Shown here in pieces: positions 24,812-33,398 of a stretch of 64,000 nt of DNA. Within the stretch, counting starts at the first letter, position 1, and each line of letters opens with the position of its first letter. Where the stretch lies: the NCBI GenBank assembly GCA_964490075.1, contig CAZBBK010000016.1:1-64000 (forward strand), read 5' to 3'. The position numbers and the translations under genes are program-made. Under the pieces are notes generated by a model that was not told the origin of the DNA, did no database searches, and saw only the letters and a list, made by a program, of their open reading frames with translations. The stretch comes from an uncultured Gemmatimonadota bacterium. GTDB taxonomy: Bacteria; GCA-2686955.

Positions 24812-25300
24812 ATGGCCAAGCTCCTGCTGGCTCTGGCGGTGATCGACTTCGCCCTGCTCGCGGCGGCCACCGGCCTCGGCTTCGGCCATGTCGCCGGCGC
24901 GCCCGGCGGCGCCCATATCTTCACGGCGCTGATCGCGGCGCTCTTCACCTTGGTGACCCACTGCGCGCTCTTCACCTACCTGATCGGCACCGGGATCGGC
25001 ATCGCCGAAGCGGTCGATGGGCACCAGCTGCCGGAGGAGTTGAAACGCCGCACCGCGCGCTTCAAGGCACGGGCCTTCCCCTTCGCCCTCTTCAGCATGA
25101 TCGCGGTGATCGTCACCGCCGCGCTCGGCGCCCGGGTCGACGTCGGTCTGGGAGGCTCGGCGCCACACCTGGCCTGCGCGCTCTTCACGCTGCTGCTCAA
25201 CCTGGTCAGCTACCGGATCGAGATCGAGGTCGTGGCCGAGAACGCGCAGCTGCTGGTCGAGGTGAATGGGCTGATCGTCGAGGCGGTCGGCGAGGGTTGA
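24812..25300 (+). CDS. Four-helix membrane protein
   Basis: Four hydrophobic segments; HCALFTYLIGTG. Confidence 0.75.
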   Translation: MAKLLLALAVIDFALLAAATGLGFGHVAGAPGGAHIFTALIAALFTLVTHCALFTYLIGTGIGIAEAVDGHQLPEELKRRTARFKARAFPFALFSMIAVIVTAALGARVDVGLGGSAPHLACALFTLLLNLVSYRIEIEVVAENAQLLVEVNGLIVEAVGEG

Positions 25301-25351
25301 TCGGGCTTGCGCGAACCCTGAGAACCACGCATCCTCCACTCTGGAGCCACG

Positions 25352-26929
25352 ATGCGCTACTTCAACACCGGCGGCGTCTGTCTGCCCGATCTGCACTACA
25401 TGCTCCCGCCCGAGCCGCGCCTGTCGGGAGCGCGCAAGCTCGTGGCCCAGCGGGCCTTCTTCGTGGTGCACGCGCCGCGCCAGACCGGCAAGACCACCTC
25501 GCTGCGTGCGCTGTGCAAGACGCTGACCGCGGAGGGCGACTACGCTGCGCTGCACTTCTCCTGCGAGGGGGGGCAGGCGGTGGGAGACGACTACGCCGAG
25601 GCGCAGCGGACGATCCTGGCTGACCTCCGCTTCAGCGCCCGCACCGATCTGCCGCGAGAGCTGCACCCACCCGAGAGCTGGCCGGAGGCCAGCGATGCCA
25701 GCCTCTTGGGAACGGCGCTCGAAGCCTGGTCCCGCATCTGCCCGCGCCCCCTGGTGCTGGTGTTCGACGAGATCGACGCGTTGATGGGCCAGAGCCTGAT
25801 TTCGGTGCTGCGCCAGCTCCGCGCCGGGCACCCGAAGCGCGGCACCGCCTTCCCCGCCTCGGTGATCCTCTGCGGACTGCGCGACGTGCGCGACTACAAG
25901 GCTGCCTCCGGCGGCGGCAGCCGCCTCGGCACCGCCAGCCCCTTCAATGTGCTGGTGGAGTCGCTGAGCATGGGCAACTTCAGCGCCGCCGAAGTGGCCG
26001 AGCTCTACGGCCAGCACACGACCGACACCGGCCAGCCCTTCGCCCAAGCGGCGCTGCAGCACGCCTTCGAGCTGACCGGCGGTCAGCCCTGGCTGGTCAA
26101 CGCCCTGGCCCGCGAGGTGGTCGACGAGATCGGCATCCCCGCGGCGAAGCCGATCACCGTGGAGCACCTGGACCAAGCCAAAGAGCGCCTGATTCTTGCG
26201 CGTGCCACCCATCTCGATTCGCTGGTCGACAAGCTGCACGAGGATCGGGTGCGGCGGGTGATCGAACCCTTGATGGCCGGGGGCTACACCGACACCTCAA
26301 GCGGCTACGACGACGATGTCGAATATGTCAGCGACCTGGGCCTGATCTCTCGCAAGCCGGTCGAGGTGGCCAACCCGATCTACCGCGAGGTGATGGTGCG
26401 CATGCTGGCCGCGCGGGCCGAAGATGCGCTGCCGGTGCCGCCGGCGCCCAGCTTCGTGCGCTCCGACGGCACCCTCGATCTGCGCCGCGTGCTGGAGGAG
26501 TTCGCGGAGTTCTGGCGCGAGAACGGCGAGATCCTGACCAACGGCATGTCGTATCACGAGGTCGCCCCGCAGCTCGTGATCATGGCCTGGCTGCAACGCA
26601 TCGTGAACGGCGGCGGCTTCGTCGACCGCGAGTACGGCATCGGCCGCGGCCGCATCGATCTTCTGCTGCGCTGGCCGTACGGTGACACCAAAGGCACGCG
26701 ACGGTGGCAACGCGAGGCGCTCGAGCTGAAGGTCTGGGCGCCGGGCCGTCCCGATCCTCTTGCGAAGGGGCTCGAGCAGCTCGACGCCTACCTGGAGCGC
26801 ACCGGGCTCGACAAAGGGATTCTGGTGCTCTTCGACCGCCGCCCGGAGGCCGCCGAGATCGCCGCGCGCACGGTTTTCGGGGAGGCGACCACGCCTGGCG
26901 GCCGGCGCGTGACCCTGTTGCGGGGGTGA
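25352..26929 (+). CDS. AAA-like ATPase with C-terminal PD-(D/E)XK nuclease-like domain
   Basis: MRYFNTGG, APRQTGKTT, VFDEID, GGQPWLVNA, REYGIGRGRIDL...LELK. Confidence 0.88.
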   Translation: MRYFNTGGVCLPDLHYMLPPEPRLSGARKLVAQRAFFVVHAPRQTGKTTSLRALCKTLTAEGDYAALHFSCEGGQAVGDDYAEAQRTILADLRFSARTDLPRELHPPESWPEASDASLLGTALEAWSRICPRPLVLVFDEIDALMGQSLISVLRQLRAGHPKRGTAFPASVILCGLRDVRDYKAASGGGSRLGTASPFNVLVESLSMGNFSAAEVAELYGQHTTDTGQPFAQAALQHAFELTGGQPWLVNALAREVVDEIGIPAAKPITVEHLDQAKERLILARATHLDSLVDKLHEDRVRRVIEPLMAGGYTDTSSGYDDDVEYVSDLGLISRKPVEVANPIYREVMVRMLAARAEDALPVPPAPSFVRSDGTLDLRRVLEEFAEFWRENGEILTNGMSYHEVAPQLVIMAWLQRIVNGGGFVDREYGIGRGRIDLLLRWPYGDTKGTRRWQREALELKVWAPGRPDPLAKGLEQLDAYLERTGLDKGILVLFDRRPEAAEIAARTVFGEATTPGGRRVTLLRG

Positions 26930-26989
26930 GGCGCCCATCCACCCGGTGAGCGGCTCGGGATTCGCACCCCCGCATCGGCGCCGCGGGAA

Positions 26990-27895
26990 TCACCCGAACA
27001 CACGCCTGCGCAAGCCCGCCAGCACGTGCCCGGCGATCGCCGGGTTCTCCTTGAGACGGCGCGCCGAGTAGGCCAGCCAGGCCTGGCCGAAGGGGACGTA
27101 GACCCGCAGCCGATCGCCGCGCTCCAGCAGCACCCGCTCGAGCTCGGGATCGACCCCCAGCAGGGTCTGGAACTCGTAGCGCTCGCGCGGGGTCCCCATG
27201 CGGCGCAGCAGCTCGCAAGCCTCCCAGACCAGCAGCTCGTCGTGGGTGGCGATCGCCACGTGGCCCGTGCCCTCGAGCAAGATCTCGAGGGTGCGTACGA
27301 AGTTGCGCCGAATCGCCTCGGGGTCCTTCCAGGCGATGGCCTGGGGCTCCAGGTAGATCCCCTTGCAGAGCCGCACGTCGGCCCCTTCGGTGGCCAGTCC
27401 CGCGGCGTCGTCGGGGGTGCGGCGGAGGTAAGCCTGGAGCACCGCTCCCATACGCGGGTGCTCGGCGTGCAGCGCACGGAAGATCCCCAGCGTGGCGTCG
27501 GTCACGCCCGAATCCTCCATGTCGATGCGCACGTAGCGCCCCAGCTCCGCCGCGCGGGAGACTATCCGACGCAGCTCGGAGAGGCAGCGCTGCTCGTCGA
27601 GCAAGAGACCGAAGGCGGTCAGCTTGACCGAGATCCCCGAGTCGAGGCCGAGCCGATCGAGCTCGCTCAGGGTGTGCAGGTAGAGCTCGACCGTCTCCGG
27701 CACGGCGGCGAAGTCCTCGACGAACTCGCCCAGCACGTCGACCGTGGCGCGCGCTCCGCGGCGGTTCAGGTCGCGCACCACGTCGAGCGCCTCGTCGACC
27801 CGTTCGCCGGCGATGTAGCGCCCGCTGACCCGGCGCACCAGCCCTTTCGGCAGATAGGGGACGGCGTGCGCCGCGGCCGCATTGATCCAGCTCAT
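26990..27895 (-). CDS. Monofunctional proline dehydrogenase
   Basis: RYIAGE, ISVKLTAFG, RIDMED, LQAYLRRT, RLCKGIY, IATHD, RVYVPFG, RRLKENP. Confidence 0.93.
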   Translation of the reverse strand: MSWINAAAAHAVPYLPKGLVRRVSGRYIAGERVDEALDVVRDLNRRGARATVDVLGEFVEDFAAVPETVELYLHTLSELDRLGLDSGISVKLTAFGLLLDEQRCLSELRRIVSRAAELGRYVRIDMEDSGVTDATLGIFRALHAEHPRMGAVLQAYLRRTPDDAAGLATEGADVRLCKGIYLEPQAIAWKDPEAIRRNFVRTLEILLEGTGHVAIATHDELLVWEACELLRRMGTPRERYEFQTLLGVDPELERVLLERGDRLRVYVPFGQAWLAYSARRLKENPAIAGHVLAGLRRRVFG

Positions 27896-28041
27896 GAGCT
27901 TCGGGCCTCCCTGCGAGGGAGTGCTGCGCGGTGGTGGTGGAAGCCGGCGCGTCTCGTTTCGCTCGACCGGACGGGACTCTATCAGCCTCTGCCTGGCCGC
28001 ACCACCTTGCCATCGAAGCCGTTCGCCCGGAGAATTGCCCC

Positions 28042-28485
28042 ATGAGCAACCAGGCGATCGACCAGCGGATCGAAGAGCTGGCGCACTATCTGCGGCGCGC
28101 CGGCCTGAAGCAGACCCGGCAGCGCGAGCTGGTGGCCCGGGTGGTGCTCGCGCACCAGGGCCACGCGGCGGTCGACGAGATCTACCGCGCCGCGCGCCGA
28201 CTCGACCCGCGGGTCGGTTACTCCACCATCTATCGCACCCTGCGGATCTTGAAGGACGCCGGTCTGGTGGCCGAGCTGCAGATCGGTGACGGCCAGACCC
28301 GCTACGAGCCGGAACTGTCCAGCCATCACCACGATCACCTGATCTGCACCTCGTGCCGCAAGATCGTCGAGTTCGAGTGCGTCACGATCGAGGAGCGGCA
28401 GGCGCAGGTGGCGCGCGACCACGGCTTCCGCGTCAGCTCGCACAAGCACGAGATCTACGGGCTCTGCCCCGACTGCCAGGACTGA
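28042..28485 (+). CDS. fur: Fur-family transcriptional regulator
   Basis: KQTRQR, STIYRTL, HHHDHLICTSC, YGLCPDC. Confidence 0.92.
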   Translation: MSNQAIDQRIEELAHYLRRAGLKQTRQRELVARVVLAHQGHAAVDEIYRAARRLDPRVGYSTIYRTLRILKDAGLVAELQIGDGQTRYEPELSSHHHDHLICTSCRKIVEFECVTIEERQAQVARDHGFRVSSHKHEIYGLCPDCQD

Positions 28486-28503
28486 AGATTCCAGCACGGC
28501 GCC

Positions 28504-29988
28504 ATGTCAGAGGAGACCCGCCACGCGGCGATCGCCATCCCGATCCGCCCGGCCGACCGGGCGCTTCAGGTCTGGTGCGGCCGGCGCTCCGCCACGGCCC
28601 GCCTGCACCCCGGGTTCCACGTCTTTCCCGGCGGCAGCGTGGAGCCTCAGGACCACCAGGTCGCGGTGGCCGGCTGCTCGGGATCGGAGGCGACTCACCG
28701 CGTCACTGCCGCCCGCGAGCTCTTCGAGGAGGCCGGCATCTGGGTGGCCCGAGGCCCGCGCCCGGCCGATCCTGACCGCGCCCGGAGCGCCCTGCGCCTG
28801 CGCCAGGTCTCGTTCGCCGATCTGCTCGCGGAGCTGGGAGCGGGGCTACACGCCCCAGATCTGCAGCCGGTGGGCACGTTGCTCACGCCCTTTTACGCCT
28901 CGTACCGCTACCGCGTGCACTACTTCCTGGCGCCCACCACCGCCTCCGCCGCGGCCGCGGCCGAAGCCGATCGGATCGAGCTGAGCGGGGGGGGATGGAC
29001 CGATCCGGGCGGCTCGGTGGCCGCCTGGCGGGAGGCCGAGCTGCTCATGGTGCCGGCCATTCGACGCATCATGGAAACCCTGGCGCGCAGCGACGGGGTG
29101 GCGGGGCGCGCGCGCCGCCAGGTCGCGGGGGCGCTGCGCGAGCCGGCCGGCCACGACCCGGCGCTGGACGAGCTCCTGCCCGGACTGCGCCTCGTTCCGC
29201 TGCGCACGCCGACCTTGCCGCCCGCCACCCACACCAACTGCGTGATCCTCGGCGAGCAGCGGCTGGCGGTGATCGATCCGGCATCGCCCTGGGATGACGA
29301 GCAGAACCGCCTGGCCGACTGCCTCGAGACCCTCCGCGCCCAGGGCCGAGAGATCGACTCGATCCTGATCACCCATCACCACGAGGATCACGTCGGCGGC
29401 GTCGAACGCCTGGCGCGCGAGCTGCGTATTCCGGTCCGCGCCCACCCGGAGACGCGGGCGCGGATCGCCGCGCCGGTCAGCGATCCCCTGCGCGAAGGCG
29501 ACCGCCTCGCGCTCGAGCCGGGGCGAGCGATCGACGTCGTGTGGACCCCGGGCCACGCCCCGGGCCACCTGGTCTTCTTCGACCGCCGCAGTCGCGCCCT
29601 GGTGGCCGGCGACATGATCGCCGGAGTCGGAACCGTCGTCATCGATCCCCTCGACGGCGACATGGCCGACTACCTGCGATCGCTCACGCGCATCGGCGCC
29701 CTGCGACCGCGGCTGCTGATCCCCGCCCACGGAGCCGCGATCGGCGCTCCGCGCTCCAAGATCGCCGCCACCCTGGCCCACCGGCGGATGCGCGAGCGCA
29801 AGATCCTGCGCGCCCTCGCCGCGGCTCCCACGCCCGCCACGCCGGCCCAGCTGCTGCCCCTGGCCTACGACGACACGCCGCCCGAGCTTCACGGCTGGGC
29901 CGAGCGCTCGCTGCGCTCCCACCTGCGGAAGCTGGTCGCGCAAGGCCGCGTCGCACGTCGCGGCGAGCGCCACTCTTTGAGCGCGTAA
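28504..29988 (+). CDS. NUDIX + MBL-fold (LACTB2-like) fusion hydrolase
   Basis: VFPGG...AARELFEEAG; TPTLPPATHTN, THHHEDHVGG, TPGHAPGH, PAHG. Confidence 0.88.
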   Translation: MSEETRHAAIAIPIRPADRALQVWCGRRSATARLHPGFHVFPGGSVEPQDHQVAVAGCSGSEATHRVTAARELFEEAGIWVARGPRPADPDRARSALRLRQVSFADLLAELGAGLHAPDLQPVGTLLTPFYASYRYRVHYFLAPTTASAAAAAEADRIELSGGGWTDPGGSVAAWREAELLMVPAIRRIMETLARSDGVAGRARRQVAGALREPAGHDPALDELLPGLRLVPLRTPTLPPATHTNCVILGEQRLAVIDPASPWDDEQNRLADCLETLRAQGREIDSILITHHHEDHVGGVERLARELRIPVRAHPETRARIAAPVSDPLREGDRLALEPGRAIDVVWTPGHAPGHLVFFDRRSRALVAGDMIAGVGTVVIDPLDGDMADYLRSLTRIGALRPRLLIPAHGAAIGAPRSKIAATLAHRRMRERKILRALAAAPTPATPAQLLPLAYDDTPPELHGWAERSLRSHLRKLVAQGRVARRGERHSLSA

Positions 29989-30083
29989 CGCTCTCGCCCC
30001 CCACCCCATCGAGCGAGTGACTCGAGTGGTCCGGATCGACTGCATTGGTGCATCCGACCCACCTCCTCGACGGGAGACAAGCC

Positions 30084-31466
30084 ATGCGACCGACTCGCAT
30101 TCTCGCCCTGCTGACCAGGGTCGCCACGGCGCTCTTGGTTCCCCTCTCCTCCACCGCCGCCGGTGCGGCCACCCTCCACATCCCGAGCGAGCACGCCCAG
30201 ATCCAAAGCGCGCTCGACGTCGCCGCCAGCGGCGACACATTGATGATCGACGGCGCCGCCTCGCCCTACCAGGAGGCGCTCTCGATCGACACCGCCCGCT
30301 TCGCCGAGCTCACCCTGTGCGCCGCTCCCGGAGCGAGCGCGCCGATCATCACCGGCGACCAATCCTACGATCCGATTCTCACCATCGACGCCACCTCGGG
30401 CCATGCGGCGCGGGTGCTGCTGAGCGGTCTTTCGATCGACAGCCGTGACCACAGACGCTACGGAATTGTCACCCACAGCGCCGATTCCAGCGACGACGAG
30501 GTCGTTCTCGACCTGGAGCTGGACGGTGTCGCGGTGCAGCGCTGCAAGATCGGCATCCAGGTCGGCACTCGCACCGGCACCTTCAGCTGCGACAATCGCT
30601 GGGGTGCGGTCAGTGCCAAGCTGCTCGAACAGGCCCGCTCGCGGATCACGCTCGAGAGTTGCGCAATCGTCGACAACGACGTGGACGGCGCCAATCTGTA
30701 TCGCGTCGACGGCGGGATCTTCGACACGCTGATCGGGTTCAACGGCGACGAAGGCGTGCACAGCACCGAGGCGCGGGACTTCGTGGTCCGTCATTCGATC
30801 ATCGTCAAGAACGAAAACGTCGGCATCCACTTCCAACTGGGAGACAACATACAGTTCGAGAACAACATCGTGCTGGCCAACGCCGACGCCGGCTACGGGC
30901 TCAGCATCTCCGGAATGCGCGGATCCACGGGCGCCTTCGTCTACAACAACGTATTCGCGTGGCAGGACGCTTCGGGACTGAAGATCAGCCCCTGCATCTT
31001 GCGCGTCTCCGACGTGCTCTGCGAAGCACTGCCGGTGGTGATCGATGTTCGCAACAACGTTTTCACCAGCAACGGCGTCGGTCATCGCGGCGACCACAGC
31101 CGGGCCGACATCAACTACCGCGATGCCGGCGTCGACGGCATGCAGATGATCGCCCGCTACAACCTCTTCGAGGACTCCGACCAGCCTTGCACGGTGCCCC
31201 TCAACGACACCAACCTGGTCGGTGTGGATGCCGCCATGGTGCACCCCTGTCCCGGTGATCGGCTGCCCTCCGAGGCCGGCGACGCGTTCCAGGCCTACCT
31301 GGCGGCCTGGGATCGGGTATCCGGCTATGCCCTCGACCCCGCCTCTCTGGCGATCGACGCGGGCGAGCCGATCCCCTTCTTCGACGACGACGGCGGACTG
31401 GCCCAGGGCAGCGGCGTCAACGACATCGGAGCATTCGGAGGTCCCCGCAGCGACTGGGGCATCTGA
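30084..31466 (+). CDS. Secreted right-handed parallel beta-helix protein
   Basis: Signal peptide, HIPSEHAQIQSALD, repeated NN-x-F/I stacks, SLAIDAG...DIGAFGG end. Confidence 0.8.
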   Translation: MRPTRILALLTRVATALLVPLSSTAAGAATLHIPSEHAQIQSALDVAASGDTLMIDGAASPYQEALSIDTARFAELTLCAAPGASAPIITGDQSYDPILTIDATSGHAARVLLSGLSIDSRDHRRYGIVTHSADSSDDEVVLDLELDGVAVQRCKIGIQVGTRTGTFSCDNRWGAVSAKLLEQARSRITLESCAIVDNDVDGANLYRVDGGIFDTLIGFNGDEGVHSTEARDFVVRHSIIVKNENVGIHFQLGDNIQFENNIVLANADAGYGLSISGMRGSTGAFVYNNVFAWQDASGLKISPCILRVSDVLCEALPVVIDVRNNVFTSNGVGHRGDHSRADINYRDAGVDGMQMIARYNLFEDSDQPCTVPLNDTNLVGVDAAMVHPCPGDRLPSEAGDAFQAYLAAWDRVSGYALDPASLAIDAGEPIPFFDDDGGLAQGSGVNDIGAFGGPRSDWGI

Positions 31467-31610
31467 CGACGCGCCCGCCACCGAGGCGGGCGGGGGCAAG
31501 ATCGCGGCCCGCGAGGCGAGCGCGGGTCGCGATCTTCGTGTACCGAGTGCTACGTTGGCCGCTTACCGCGCCCCCCTGTTCAACAGACCTTCGAGACGCG
31601 AGGCGATCCG

Positions 31611-32420
31611 ATGCTCAACCGATCCACCTACTGCATCCTGGGGGCCGGCACCCTGGGCAAAACCATCATCCGCGGCCTGCTGCGCACCGGACAGGTGCGC
31701 CCCGACGCGATCCGCGCCACGGTCGGACACCAGACTTCGGTCGATCCGACCGCCGCCGAGCTCGGGGTAGCGCTGAGCACCGACAACGCCGCCGCCGCCC
31801 GCGACGCCGACGTGGTGCTGCTGGCGGTCAAGCCGCAGAAGATGGAGCAGGCCCTGGCGCCGCTGCGAGCCCTCGACCTGTCCGACAAGCTGATCGTCAC
31901 CATGGCGGCAGGAGTGAGCACGACCCAGGTCGAGGGTTACCTGGGCCAGCCGGCGACGGTGGTTCGCGCGATGCCCAACACCCCCTGTCAGCTCGGCGAA
32001 GGGATGACGGGGGTGACCGCCGGAGCCCACGCCGGCACCGACCAGGTCGCCCTGGCGCGCGAGATCTTCGACGCCGTCGGTCGCACGGTGGTGGTCGACG
32101 AGCACCTGATGGACGGCGTGACCGCGCTCTCGGCCAGCGGTCCGGCCTACGTCTTCGTGGTGATCGAGTCCCTGGCAGAGGCCGGCGTCAAGCTCGGCAT
32201 CCCACGCCAGACCTCCACCCTGCTCGCCGCGCAGGCTCTCAAGGGGGCGGCCCAGATGGTGCTCGAGCTCGGCGCCCATCCGGCCCTCTTGAAGGACGGA
32301 GTCACCACCCCGGCCGGCTGCACCATCGACGGCCTCTTGGAGCTCGAAGAGGGCAAGCTGCGGGTGACGCTGATCAAGGCGGTGGTGACCGCGGCGCAGC
32401 GGGCGGCGGCTTTGGGGTGA
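31611..32420 (+). CDS. proC: Pyrroline-5-carboxylate reductase
   Basis: ILGAGTLG, LAVKPQ, RAMPNTP, SASGPAY, VTTPAGCT. Confidence 0.95.
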   Translation: MLNRSTYCILGAGTLGKTIIRGLLRTGQVRPDAIRATVGHQTSVDPTAAELGVALSTDNAAAARDADVVLLAVKPQKMEQALAPLRALDLSDKLIVTMAAGVSTTQVEGYLGQPATVVRAMPNTPCQLGEGMTGVTAGAHAGTDQVALAREIFDAVGRTVVVDEHLMDGVTALSASGPAYVFVVIESLAEAGVKLGIPRQTSTLLAAQALKGAAQMVLELGAHPALLKDGVTTPAGCTIDGLLELEEGKLRVTLIKAVVTAAQRAAALG

Positions 32421-32468
32421 GGGGGCGGGCCTTCGGCCCGGAAGATCGGGCCTAAGGCCCGCTCCCTC
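32419..32468 (+). terminator. Long GC-rich hairpin after proC
   Basis: gagggggcgggccttcggcccg / cgggcctaaggcccgctccctc inverted repeat followed by only three T. Confidence 0.35.
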
Positions 32469-32549
32469 TTTCCCAATTGCCACCAACCACCGCGGAGTGG
32501 GATGCTGACCCTAGCCACTCCCCCCCTCCCCTCAGGTCTGGAATCCCCC

Positions 32550-33296
32550 ATGGGTCGCAGCGTCGGCATCGTCATCATCGGCAACGAGGTCCTTTCCGGG
32601 AAAGTGGCGGACGAGAACAGCCATTTCCTCTGCTGCGAGCTGCGCAAGCTGGGCAGCGAGGTGCGGCGCATCGTCACCATTCCCGACGAGATCGATCGGG
32701 TGGCCGAGACGGTCGCCGACTTCGCCTCTCTCTTCGAGTGGGTGATCACCTCGGGCGGCATCGGACCGACCCACGACGACGTGACCATCCAGGGGATCGC
32801 CGCCGGCTTCGATGTGCCGGTGGAGCGCTCCGAAGAGCTGGTTCAGGTGCTGCACCTGCACTTCAAGGAGCAGCTCAGCGAGAGCATCCTGAAGATGGCC
32901 GACGTGCCGCGCGGCACCGAGCTGCTGCACCACGGCACCCTGCCCTGGCCGGTGTTGCGTTTTCGCAACGTCTACATCTTCCCGGGCATCCCGCGCATCC
33001 TGCGCACCAAGTTCCACACCGTCCAGGAGGACTTCCGCGGCGGTGCCATCCACTCCCGCCACGTGCACGTGGCCGAGCGCGAAGACCGGCTCGCTGAGCC
33101 CTTGAGCGCGGTCGCCCGGCGCTACGAGGCGGTGCGCCTCGGCAGCTACCCGATCCTCGACGGAGGCGATTTCCGAGTCGTCATCTCGCTCGAAAGCCGC
33201 TCCTGCGACGACCTGAAGGCGGCCTCGGAGGCGCTGCTCGACCTGCTTCCCGAAGAAATCGTGCAGCGCGTCGAGGACGATCCGCAGTGTCTTTAG
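32550..33296 (+). CDS. Molybdopterin-binding-domain protein (CinA N-terminal-like)
   Basis: IGNEVLSGKVADEN, SGGIGPTHDDVT, FPGIP, LGSYP. Confidence 0.88.
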   Translation: MGRSVGIVIIGNEVLSGKVADENSHFLCCELRKLGSEVRRIVTIPDEIDRVAETVADFASLFEWVITSGGIGPTHDDVTIQGIAAGFDVPVERSEELVQVLHLHFKEQLSESILKMADVPRGTELLHHGTLPWPVLRFRNVYIFPGIPRILRTKFHTVQEDFRGGAIHSRHVHVAEREDRLAEPLSAVARRYEAVRLGSYPILDGGDFRVVISLESRSCDDLKAASEALLDLLPEEIVQRVEDDPQCL

Positions 33297-33398
33297 GAGC
33301 CGGGCTTCAGCAATCGTGAAAATCGATCGACTTTTAGGAGTAGAATAGAGAGGACTCTCGGTTCTTGTACTATGTCCATCCCGCAGGGGGACCGACAC

